From Lama glama (taxonomy: Eukaryota): DNA of 64,000 nucleotides. This document shows, one piece after another, positions 38,601 through 50,900 of this stretch. The first letter of the stretch is position 1. Each line of letters opens with the position of its first letter. Position numbers and translations under genes: made by a program. The stretch spans positions 16,990,001 to 17,054,000 of the forward strand of contig CM052832.1 of assembly GCA_028534125.1 (NCBI GenBank), given 5' to 3'. The notes under the pieces were generated by a model. It was not told where the DNA came from. It searched no databases and was given only the letters and a program-made list of their open reading frames with translations.

Positions 38601-41072
38601 TGAATTTATAGATATGCAAACACTGTACAACTATTACTTCCACGAGAATAACAGCACACTAACAATAAGAACAAAGGAAAAGGCAAACAAGTATACTATT
38701 TAGAAGTTCTAGCAATATGAGGATTTGACAGAGATAATTTTTGTAAATGTCAGAATGAAGAATGTACACCCCAGCCACAAAGCTTGTCCTGATGTGGCTA
38801 AGCTGGCAGGTGGTGCCACAGATGCATCTCCTGCAATGAGAGGAACACATCTATTGACAGTCACTGTGATAGCCTAGACACTGCTAACGAGTACTTGTTA
38901 GGATTTATAGCACTTAATCTAACTGCTTATCAGTTGCTATTCTGTTTTCTTGAACAGTCAGTATGGCTTACTAACATACTGGCTGAATACCAATGTGGAG
39001 CAGAATACCGTAGAGGGCTATATGAATGTTAGTTGATGTACTACTGTGTCTTAACAAGTATTGAGCTGGTTAGGTTTGGGAGGCAGGTGGGGAACATCTA
39101 GAAATTACAGTAATAAGGGGCCTCAGGAGACAGGATTTTTGCTTCTAATACATGACTCCTGTGGAGTTAGGCAGTAAAGGTGGTCTGTTTTTTCCTAATT
39201 TTTTTCAGCTGAATGAACAAAGGTAGCTAGACTGAGTTTGAATTAAAAAAAGAGATCGCCTTTACTTTATTTCTAAAGTCAGAAGAGGTGGCCTGGGTAT
39301 TGGTGGTTATGCTATAATCTGCAGCTAGATATTATTAAGTACTTAGTGCAAGGGTGAGACTTAACCATAATTCTCTGCGAGTTATTTCACACTTAAGAAA
39401 CAGGATGTTATTAGGGAGGGAGGCATTTCACACAAGATGTGGTTAGGGAGGAGGCCCAAGCAAACAATCTTGTTTTTTTTTCTTTTTTTGTCCTGCCTTA
39501 AAATATAAATCTTACTTCATCATATAGTATATTCATACAATAGAATATTGGTAATTTTGTTCCTTCTACTCCCCTGGCTTTAGCTACAAGTTGTAAATTG
39601 TGTTGGACTGGGTCCCCCTGAATGACCTTGCACTTGATAATAAGAATTGGAGTGATGAGGGTTCTCCTCCTGTTGCGGTTTCAGGGCATCCCCAAGGCCA
39701 TTCTTGCCAGTGAGTATGGCCCTTAGGATTGGGTGGGGTAGGGGTGTGATGATTTAGGGGAGGCAGGGTTAGGGAAATTAGAGAAACAGAAGGTGGGGTA
39801 AGTCCTGACTTCTGAGCCCTACTACCCTCCTACCTTACTCTTTGTCACTCAAGAAGCCTCGTTTTCACTCTCAGGGCCTCAATTTTCTCACATTGAGACA
39901 ATGCTCCTTTTTTCCAGGGTATCTGTAAATTAGATAGGATTATATGTGTCAGGCCACATGGCACCTGGTAGGGCCCTGGTGCACATTAATGTCTTTCCTT
40001 AAAAAGCAGTTTGCATAATGAAAATTTTGCTTATTTTCCTGAGAGACATTTGCCTTGGTGGTCAGACAGGTTACCCCCACCCCTCACTGCTGCCCCCAGC
40101 ACATACACACACACTAGATATGGTAGCAGACACTGGAGCAGAAGCCAGATCTCTGGCTGTTAAACTCAGAATTCTCCCCCAAAGACCTCTTCTCCATATA
40201 CATGACTTTGGGCATGTAAAGCCCTTAGAACAAAGCCTGACACCCATTGAGAACTCAGTGATTGTGAGCCTTCTAAATAGTCCAAGGCCAAGAGGTTAAC
40301 ATGAGTTTTGTGCCCTCTCATAGGTTGTCCCTTGAAGCTGGAAGGCTTCACCCCAGCCACCCTCTAGAGCTAATTTGTCTGTTCATTCTAAACATCCCAG
40401 CTCAACTTGTTCTCTTTAGGGAGCTCCCCTGTCACCAGACACCACTTCAACCTCAGCTGGAATGGGGACTACTCCCTCCTGGCCACCATGGCTTCCTTAA
40501 GGGCCAGGCTGCTTGTCTGGCTCTCAGCAACCACAAGGAGAAGTCTTTGAAATTCTTGAGGCAACAAGGGATCATTTTTCAGGCCTGAATCTTGCTTAAA
40601 GTATGTTCTCTGTCCATGGAAATATGGGTACCCCTCAAAGGAGGGCTAGGAACTTTGCATCTGTGATCAAGATTCTTCAGAGACGGTTCTGCTTCATTTG
40701 CCTTTCCTCCTGGTGTTTTTCCTTCCCTGGTTTCTCCACAGAGCAGGCCAAAATGAGCCAGCCATGCTGGCCTGCTCCTGTCAGGGTACACTTTCAACCA
40801 CCCAGATGTGAGCAAAAGAGAAGCCAAACGGAGATGGAAACAGGATGTCTTTTGTTTTTATTTTTTATAATCTTTTTCTTGGCTCTGCTTCTTCGTCCCA
40901 AGCTACACTATCCTTCCCCATCCCCAACATTCACTTTGGGGGTCTGAACCTGGCTCCCTTGAATCCGGAACCAGGGAGAAGAGCTTCCCCCGCCCCGCCC
41001 CGCTGTGACTCTGTGACCCGTGACCCAACGGTTCTTTCACTTCCCTCCCAAGTTCCTCATTCCCCTGATGAA

Positions 41073-41180
41073 TTTTTTTTTTTTGGCGGGGTGGGGGTGG
41101 GGGCCTGACTGGGGGTTGAACCCAGGACCTCATGTATGTATGCTAAGCACACACTCTACCACTGAATTATACCCTCCCCC
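41073..41180 (-). mobile_element. tRNA-derived SINE (Vic-1-like)
   Basis: gggggttgaacccaggacctcatg...ctctaccactgaattataccctcc. Confidence 0.75.
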
Positions 41181-41759
41181 GACTCTGCTGAACTTCAAAT
41201 TGGACATTTTATTTTCTCCCCAGTTTTTCAGATAAAATTGACATATAACATTATATTAAAGGTGTACAGCATAGTGATTTGATATATGTATATTCTGTGC
41301 AGTGATTACCAATATGACTGATTAATTGGACGTTTTAATCAGTGGAAGGTAGTGCATTCCATAAAACTTGGGAGTTGGAGGGGAAAAAAAATCACCCCAA
41401 ATCAGAACATTAAACCGCCTTATTTTTGTGTATTTATGCCGGTTTTCCTCCTAAATACGAAATGTTTTGTTTTGGTTTTTAACTTCTCTGTGGTTTTCCA
41501 TGTTACAGATTAACATTGTTCTCATTTGGGTAAGGAAGAAACCAGGCCTCCTAAACTGAGAGACCCGCCCAGGATCATAAACCGAGTAAGGGGGTAGGTC
41601 CGTCCGGACCAGACCGGGGCTACTGGCTGGCTTGGTGTGGCACTGGCTGTGCGGCAGCCGGAGCGTTATCTAATTCTAATTCACCGGAAACCAACTCCAG
41701 TGGGCCTTCTCCAAACAGCATTTATGGAGCTTTTATCTCCGACACACAGATGGTGCTCT

Positions 41760-41919
41760 AGTGCCCCGCCCCAACGCTTTCCCGCTCGGCCTTTCGGTTT
41801 CTTCTAAGGCCCCTCCTCTCTTCCGTAAAGAGCAGAAGTGGAGCTGGCTCTCCTGGTTCTGGGTCCCCGGTCCCGGTTGTGCCCGGGGGTCCTGGGGCCA
41901 ATCGGTAACAGCCGGCGGC
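41760..41919 (+). promoter_or_regulatory. Small CpG-rich promoter of the class I-like gene: GC box 41764-41772, ISRE/IRF-like TTTCGGTTTC 41792-41801, CCAAT 41898-41902
   Basis: Motifs read directly upstream of the leader exon ATG at 41920. Confidence 0.55.
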
Positions 41920-41980
41920 ATGATGTGGGCACTTGCTCTCTTGCACCCCTTCCTGAGCCTCCTGCCGGAGACCCGCGCCC
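41920..41980 (+). CDS. Signal-peptide exon of the class I-like gene
   Basis: ATG in a good context (GGCATGA), hydrophobic 20-aa leader ending ETRA, and a phase-1 donor C|GTGAGT compatible with the alpha1 exon. Confidence 0.75.
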
Positions 41981-44900
41981 GTGAGTGGGGAACTGGGGGC
42001 GGCGGGCGGCGAGGGGTTGCAGGGGAAACCCAAACCGACGGAGAAGACTCCAAAATGGAACTTCAGAGCGTCTCTAAGCTCAAGGGGTGGCTTTCCAGAA
42101 TCTTGGTGCAGGCTTACTATTGCGCAGACTCTGTCAAAGAAGGACATATAGTGCGAACAAACAGAAAGCCTGCAGATCTCCGACCGAGGTCGGAAGTCTT
42201 GAGTTCCTGTCCTCCTGCTGTGCTCAAACTAGATGTTTTGTAAAAGCCACTTAGAAAAGAGAGGCTTGTTGAATACATAGAAGGGCAAAGCCATAGCCAG
42301 ATCAAAAGTCTGGGGTCGATGGTGTCCAAGGTTTTAAATCATCTTTCTTTCTTTATAAAATATATAGATGTTCCACTGTACCAATACATTATGCACATTA
42401 TAAAATATTTACAAAGACAGAAATCCAAAAAGATGAGATAAAATAAGATATTTTAAATACTGTTTTTTATTTATTAAAAATATAAAAATATTTTTGCCCT
42501 TACAAAATTAATTATAATATTCAATTGAGAGCAATGTGACCGATTATGCTTAATTATTTTTGAAAATTATTCTTTAACAGTTTGTGATATAGTCATTTGT
42601 TGGTCTGGTTCTTTTTGTCCCTAATTCAAAAAATTTTTTTAAACTGAAGTACAGTCAATTACAATGTATCAATCTCTGGTGTACAGCACAGTGTCCCAGT
42701 AATGCATATACATACATATATTCATTTTCACATTTTTTTCATTAAAGATAATTACAAGATATTGAACATAGTTCCCTGTGCTATACAGAAGAAACCTTTT
42801 TTTAAATCTTTTTTTATATATAGTGGGTAACATTTGTAAATCTCAAACTCCCAAATTTATCCCCTCCCACCCCCTAAGTCTGCGAGTCTGTTTCTGTTTT
42901 GTAGATGAGTTTATAGGGTGCTTTTTTTTTTTTTTAGATTCCACATATGAGTTATATCATGTGGTATTTTTTCTTCCTCTTTCTGACTTACTTCACTTAG
43001 AATGATGGTCTCTAAGTCCATCCATGTTGCTGCAAAGGCATTATTTTATTCTTTTTATGGCAGAGTAGTATTCCATTGTATAAATATACCACAACCTCTT
43101 TATCCAGTGTTGGTCTCTTTCTAAATTTAAGTTCATTTTGATCCTTGGTTAATGACAGTTAGAGCTGAAAAAGATAACACGTCCACACAGTCATCTTACA
43201 TTCAAATGGAAGAAGTGCTTCACTGATACACTCGTTAAAATATGACTCATCCAAAAACAAAATCATGTTAGAAGCAGTTAGTAAAACTGAAAGTAAAGAC
43301 TCATCGGGGAAAATCCCATCCGTTAACTATGAAAAGTTTCCCCCAATTCCCAGCTTCTGTTTTTACATTTTCCCTTGTGCAGACTGATGGCAACCATTGT
43401 CCCCAGCCTCGAGATCTCCTAGCACAGTTGGACAGTAGCTGTTGTTGAGTCTAGAGGTGCAGCAAGAAAGCCAGATGGGAGGCCAGGCTCATGGCTTTAA
43501 TTGCTGAGCAAAATGTTTCCTGATAACTAATAAAACAAAGTCTTGACATTCATATCTGGCAGCATGAATGTGCTGCTGGTTTTCCCCGAGAAGTGAGGAT
43601 GATACACAGACCACACTACACATTTTTTTTTAAAGTCTCACCTATTTATGAGCAAGAGAGAAAAAGAGATGGGTTCTAATTAAAGCCTCAGTTTTCTGAC
43701 TTCTAACATGGAGTTTAAATATCTACTTCATACAGTTATTAAAATAATTAAAATAAAACAAGGAAATAAAAGACTATAGAGGAAATGCTCCAACACAAAG
43801 ATAATTTTCAGGAAACAGAATTAATTTCTCTGCAAACCTAACTGGTCTGGTGAGGATAGTTAATGGGAGTTTGATGTGAACATTTCCATATTTGTACATT
43901 TTCTGCCTGCCTGAATGGATTAAGTTGCCCAGGATATGAAAGCCTTAGAGAGAATAGAGAAGAAAGAAGTTTGTATTTAGCATCTTTCTTTTGCTCTTGT
44001 TTTTTTTCTCCCTCACCACAGTCATTCCCTGGAATTCAGTGTCTCTAAACATCTAACGGCCTTGCTCCCAGCATAGCCCCTTTTCAAGTGCAGCGCCATG
44101 TTTGGGGTGGGCAGAGAACAGACGGAGGGATCTCTGGTTTGCATATCCACTGCCTGGCTTCTCAGGAGGGACTTCTTGACTTGACTCAGCGGTTTAGATC
44201 TGGTGTGGTCAGAGTCACAGTTCACAGTGAGAGGGACTTGTTTATCAAAGGAGGATCCATGTCAAGGGTAGAAGTGGAGAGGGTCTTCTTAAAAAAGAAA
44301 AGCAATGCTGTTAAAAGCATGTAAGTGATATGAATAAGTAATTTACAGAAGAATAAATTCAGTTGGCCAATAAACATGAAATTATATTGTCTCTCTATAA
44401 CAGAAATAAATTAAAACTATATTTCAGGGGAGAAGGTACTAGTGGTAGAGTGCAGGCTTAGCATGTATGAGGTTCTGGGTTCTATCCCCAGTACCTCCAT
44501 AAAAAAAAAACCCCAAACCTACATGTATTTCAACTGCCATTTGCAGCAATATGAATGGACCTAGAAAATATTATGCTTAGTGAAATAAGACAGACAGAGA
44601 AGACAAATACTATATGACATCACTTACATGTGGAATCTAAAAAAATAACACAAATGAATGTATATACAAGACAGAAACAGACTCACAGACATAGAAATAA
44701 AATTTGAGATTACCAAAGAGGAGAGGGAAGCGGGGAAGGACAAATAAGGAGTATGAGATTAACAGATACTAACTACTATATATAAAGTAGATTAGCAGCA
44801 AGAATTTACTGTATAGCACAGGGAATTATAGCTATTGTCTTGTAATAACCTGTTACGGAATATAATCTGCAAAAATAGTGAATCACTGTGCTGTACACCT

Positions 44901-47900
44901 GAAACTAACACAATACTGTGAAGCAACTGTACCTAAAAAAAAAAAAAATCACACTTTAATTCTGAAGAAAAGGCCCTCCCAAATTTTTGTTGACTTTTAA
45001 AATAATCTATTGAGTGAAATTTACTTACTAAATAATCTATTGAGTGAAGCCCAAACAAACAAACAAAAAACTGGATGTATTTCAGTCTCTCCTGTTGATA
45101 TGGGTATGAGTTGATGACGTTTTTGTGAAGCACTTTGGTACTACCTGTTTGTTTGTATTTATTTATTTATTTATTTATTAACAAAAATTTTTTTATTGAG
45201 TTATAGTCATTTTACAATGTTTTGTCTGGTACTACCTGTTAATATTCAAACTATTCATAATCTTTGGTTCAACATTTCCACTTAAATTAGAAATTCCTAG
45301 AACACTTTCACTAGTATACAGAGAAATAAGTACAAGAATACTTTTGAGGCATTATGTATATCAGTGAATTATTGGGAAAAAAGTACTGAAATAGTTAAAT
45401 GAAATAAGCTATGTACCTACAGTGAAATAGCACACTTGTCACTGAAACAAAAATGTCTACCTATATGGCCATGAAAATATGTCCACATGGTAAATGAAAA
45501 ATAAAAGTTATAGAACAATCTGAATTGGAAGAAACATTTATTTCAAACATCCCTTCCATCCATCTTTACTAATGTATGAATGGGGGGAAAAAGGGGAAAT
45601 ATAGAACAAATAGTTAACAATGATTCTCTCTTGAATATTATAATGGGGCATTTGTATTGTCTATATTTTATATCTGCTAGACATGCATTTATGTTCCTAG
45701 TACCTTTCTAAGGTACATGGATTGTACACTTCTCCCTTATATACATATTGTGTGTGTATATATATAATATATGTACTATATAAGTATATATTTGTGCTAA
45801 GTACTTGATCAATTTTTTTTATTTCCTCTCAAAGGCTTTTACCTTTTTTTTTTTTTTTACTGAATTATAGTCAATTTGCAATGTTGCATCAGTTTCTGTT
45901 GTGCAGCATAATGTTTCAGTCATACATATACATACATATACTCCTTTTCATATTCATTTTCATTATAGGTTACTACAAGATATTGAACATAGTTCCCTGT
46001 GCTATACAGTAGAAACTTTTTTAACCTATTTTATATATAGTAGTTATTATCTGTAAATCTTGAACTCCCAGTTTATCCCTTCTCACCCCCTTTCCCCTCC
46101 AGTAGACATAAATTTGTTTTCTATGTGAGTCTGTTTCTGTTTTGTAAATAAGTTCAGTTGTGTCTTTTTTTTTTTTTAGGTGCCAGATATAAGTGTTATC
46201 ATATGGTGTTTTTCTCTTTCTGGCTTACTTCACTTAGAATAACTATCTTCAGGTTCATCCATGTTGCTGAAAATGGCATTATTTTCTTTTTTATGGCCGA
46301 GTAGTATTCCATTGTATAAATATACCACTACTTCTCTATCCAGTTGTGATAGTCAATCTTATGTGTCAGCTAGGCTAGGTCATGGCATCTAGATAGTTGG
46401 TCAAACACCAGTTTAGATTTTGCTATGAAGTTATTTTTTAATTGAGATTAACATTTAAATCAGTAGACTTTGAATAAACTGGATTACCCCAGATGATAAT
46501 GTGGGTGGACCTTGTCTAATCAGTTGAAGGCCTTAAGAGGAAGACTGAGGTCTCCTGAGGAAGAGGGAACTCTGCCTCCAGACTACCTTTGGGCACAGCT
46601 GCAACATTGAATCTTCCCCTAGATTTTAGACTTGCCAGCCCTCAAGAATTACATGAGCTAAAACCTCTTACTCTGTATATATGTAAATATATATGCATAT
46701 ATATTTGTATGAATGTACATAATATTTATGTATGTATACATATGTGTCCGTATAGATACTTATTTCTTCAAATTCTCTCAGTGCATACTCTGTGTGGGAT
46801 TTGAATTCACTTATGAGATAGGTTGTAATTGTCCTTTCACTGTTTGATGTTGTGTGCCTTGTGTCTCCTATTGGACACACACACACATACTCATTCTTTA
46901 GATCCTCACTCAATAAATACTGGAACTTGCTCTGATCCACTGTCTCTTGTTCTTACCTCAGGATCACACTCTCTGCAGTATTTCTACTCGGCTATGTCCG
47001 AGCCAGTTCTAGGAAAACCTGCATTTACTGCTTTGGGCTTTGTGGACGACCAGCCCTTCATTCGCTATGACAGTAAGGAAATGAAGGCAAAATCTTGTGT
47101 TCAGTGGTTGACAGAAGAGCCAAGTTACTTTGATGATGAGACTAAGATCTTCAACAGTCGGATGAAGATTTTCCACTTAAATCTGAGGAATCTGCAGCAA
47201 TATTACAACAAAACCATGGAGGATGGTCTGAACACAGCACTCCCACAAAAGCAAGCAGGTAGGTGCCTGGGAGAAGCAGGGGGAAGCAGTGCTCAGCACT
47301 TCACCCCAAGCCTCAGGGGTGAAAGACCCTCTTGACAAGAATTCCCATGGGTCAGGCTGCAGCAGGAGAATGTGTACAAGTTATCACTGGAGAAGGAAAG
47401 CTGGCCTAGTCTGGTCACAATGGTGTAGAGTCTGTTTGATATTAATTAATAATTAATACACAGATTAATTAAGTAGATTTAATAGGTCATGGATATATGC
47501 TTAGTATATGTCTTTTGGGTGCTGGAGGTGGGCAACCAGAAACATATAACCTGGTGTTTGTCTTCAAAGAGCTTACAACTAATATGGGAAGGTACTCATA
47601 TGTCTGTGAAAACTTTACTGACCCTTTGATGCATACCCAGCGATGTCAAAGACAAGAACCTCCTTAAATACCAAGTGAGAAGCAGAGAAATAGTTGACTG
47701 TGGTTTCTAGGCGAGACACCCCAGTGGTGAGAGTTTCATGAATGAGGTGGAACTTTATATAGACCCTGATGGAGGCGTGTGACTTAGGTCTACAAAGAAA
47801 ATAAAAGGTGTTGTAAGTGGTAGGAAATTAGGGTGCAGCAAGGTATGGGGTGGGGTTCAGCAGCGTGAGTTCAGGGGATAGACTGAAGTTTAATCATTTC

Positions 47901-50900
47901 TAGGTATTGGCTCTTGAGAGTTTAGCCCTGTTGAAACAAGCCTGTAAAGGGCCTTGAAGGCCAAAATCAGTGAGAGGTACAGTTGAAGCTGAACACTGAG
48001 GTTGCTCAGCTTTTGCCCGTTGATCTTTCTAGGAGCATGATTTTGACAAGGGTTTGCTGGATAGTATGTTACAGGCACCGATGTAGTCCCTGCCTTCTAA
48101 GGGCTCACAGCATAAGAGAGTGATGATACACAATTAAGTTTGGTAGAGTGTGTAAGTGTCAGACTAGGAGCTTGAGCTGGGAGACTGTGGGAACCAAGGG
48201 GAGGGTGTGGTGAATCCAGGCTGGAGTGATCTCCGGGTTAGTCATATTTGACTTTGAAATTCATATGAGAAAATTTTCAGAAGTTTGAGCTTTTGGTGTT
48301 ATTTGCATCCTCTAGTACCTCATGGTTTAGTCTGTCGGGCTGCCATAACAAAACACCAGACACTGCATGGTTTAAGCAACAGAAGTTTCTTTTCTGACAG
48401 TTCTAGAGGCTGGTAAGTCCAAGATTAAGGTTCAGCAGGGTCACTTTCTGGTGAGGGCTCCCTTCCTGGCTTGCAGTCAGCCACATTCTCGCTTTCCTTG
48501 GTAAGTGCACATGGAGTAAGTGAGATCTCCCTTTCTCCCTAATCCCTGTTGGATTGGGGCTCCACTCTCGTGACCTCATTTAACCTTAATTACCTCCTAA
48601 AATCTCCAGATATAGTTACATTGAAGATTAGGGCTTCAACATCTGAATATTGGAGGGATAGAATTCAGCCCATAGCACTCAGGGAAAACTGCACTCAGCA
48701 CTTTGTGCCCTCTTGCGTTAATGCTGTGTAGTGTGATTCTGTTTTCAGGAACTTGCACTTAGAATCTGAGACTCTGAGCACAGAAGAGACCTGTAAGTTC
48801 ATAATCTAAGCCTCCATTTACTCAAGATAAATGTAGATCTGTGGAGGTTGAATAACTGGCCCAAATTACACAGTTCATGGCAAAGCCCAAATCTGTAAGT
48901 CCCCATCCAAGGCTTTTTTAATACTTAGAACTAACCATAGACCATTCCCCACTGCAGAGCTGATAGCAAGTTAAAGACATCGGTATCAGGACAAAGCTAG
49001 TTTGTCTACAGAGTGTGACTGTCCTCTAAGGAGAAGAGAAAAAATGGGAAGGGTTGGTGGAGGGAGCTGGAACCATGGATGGGAGAGGCCTTGGAGGCCC
49101 GCTCTGCCTAACTGACACTGTTTGATCCTTGGTGTGAGCAGGTCCCCACACCCTCCAGTTCGCCTACGGCTGTGAGCTCCATGAGGACGGCAGGACCACA
49201 GGGCACTGGCAGTATGGCTATGATGGTGACGACTACCTGAGCCTGGATATGGACTCTCTGCAATACACCGCAGCCACATTCATTGCTCAATACACCAAAC
49301 AAAAATGGGAGGCCAGTGGGAACTTCATAGAGAGAGACAAGAACTACTTGGAGAAGGAGTGTGTCCTGTGGCTGAGGAGATACTTGAAATTTGGAGGGGA
49401 GAGCTTGAACCGCACTGGTAATGACCTCCCGCAGCCCACCCACTCAGCCCTCCCCCATCCCCAGCTTGGGCCAATTCTCTCTCCAGAGTGTGGGTGAGGG
49501 GGCCTACCCCAGAAACTGACCTAGCACAGCGGGGTAACATATTTATGTGGGGTGGGCGGGGCCAATGTGCTGATGGTGACGTCCCTACAAGCCAGAGGTA
49601 TGGATTTGGAAGCTTCCCATCTTGTGTCTCCCGGGCAGTGCCATCGGACCCACCCATTCTTTTTTTCTTTTTTTAAAGAGACTTTTATTTGTTTTGTTGT
49701 TGTTTGGTTGGTTGGGATTTTTTGGGGGGAGGACGAGTAATTAGATTTATTTATTTATTTTAAATGGAGGTACTGGGGATTGAACCCAGGACCTTGTTCA
49801 TGCTAAACACACATTCTACCCCTGATCTATACCCACCCTCCACCCATTCTTATTAGGCTAGGAAACTGCTCTCAGGAAGGCATAGAGCTACTTCATAGAA
49901 TCTTGGCGATTTTTTACACTTTTGGCACTTTCTTACTAGATACACTCCTGTGTGTGTCTAGAAACACTGACCAGTGGCTTGATAAAAGGGTGGAGCATGT
50001 TTGAAGAGGCTCTTATTTTGGAGAAGAATGTTAGACTGAGTTCTCACACCCCTGTCTGGAACCTGGCTTGACTTAGCTTAGTGTGGATCCCTCTACCCTT
50101 GATAGGAGACAGTTCCTGCCTCCTCCTGGTTAGCAGTCACACCATCAGGGGATATGGGTGTCTTGGTCTTTGGAGTTGATGCCCCTCAGCAAGCCCTTGT
50201 GTGAGCCCTCCCTGCTTTGTCTACCACAGAGCCTCCCAGGACACACATGACCCACCACCCCATCTCTGACCATGAGGCCACCCTGAGGTGCTGGGCCCTG
50301 GGCTTCTACCCTGCGGAGATCTCACTGACCTGGCAGCGTGATGGGGAGGACCAGGCCCAGGACACGGAGCTCGTGGAGACCAGGCCTGCAGGGGATGGGA
50401 CGTTCCAGAAGTGGGCGGCCTTGGTGGTGCCTCCTGGAGAGGAGCAGAGATACACATGCCACGTGCAGCATGAGGGACTTCAGGAGCCCCTCACCCTGAG
50501 ATGGGGTGAGGGGGGGAAACGGGGGTGGAGCTTCTTCTCAGGTAAAGCAGAAGCCCTTCTGGAGACCTTCAGCAAGGCCAGGACCCAAGCCTGAGGTCAG
50601 GGCTCCTTCCCTTCTCTTTGCAGATCCGCCTCCTCGGCCCATCATGGGCATCATTTTTGGCCTGGTTCTCTTCATGGTCATTGGAGCTGTGGTGGCGAGA
50701 GTTGTGATCCGGAGGAAGAGGTGCTCAGGTAGGGAAGGTGGGGGGGATCTGAGTTTTCTTGTCTCACTTAGTGGGGTTTCAAGCCCAGGTAGAAATTTGC
50801 CTGCCTCGTTACTGGGAAGCACCACCTAGTGCATATGCTTACAAGTCTGGGGCCTTTTGCTTGCACTTACTCTTTGTAAGGCACATGTGAAAATGCAATA

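Noticed and set aside
40400..40720. Weak B-box-like phrase (NHKEKSLKFL...KVCSLSME) on the plus strand
   Set aside because: Key Cys/His ligands are missing and there is no RING or splice support; likely chance.
46962..49417. Calling the class I-like gene MR1, HFE, AZGP1 or MICA/B
   Set aside because: No Lys43 equivalent, peptide anchors are retained, alpha3 is classical-type with a TM exon, and the sequence does not match those proteins as I know them. No symbol was assigned.
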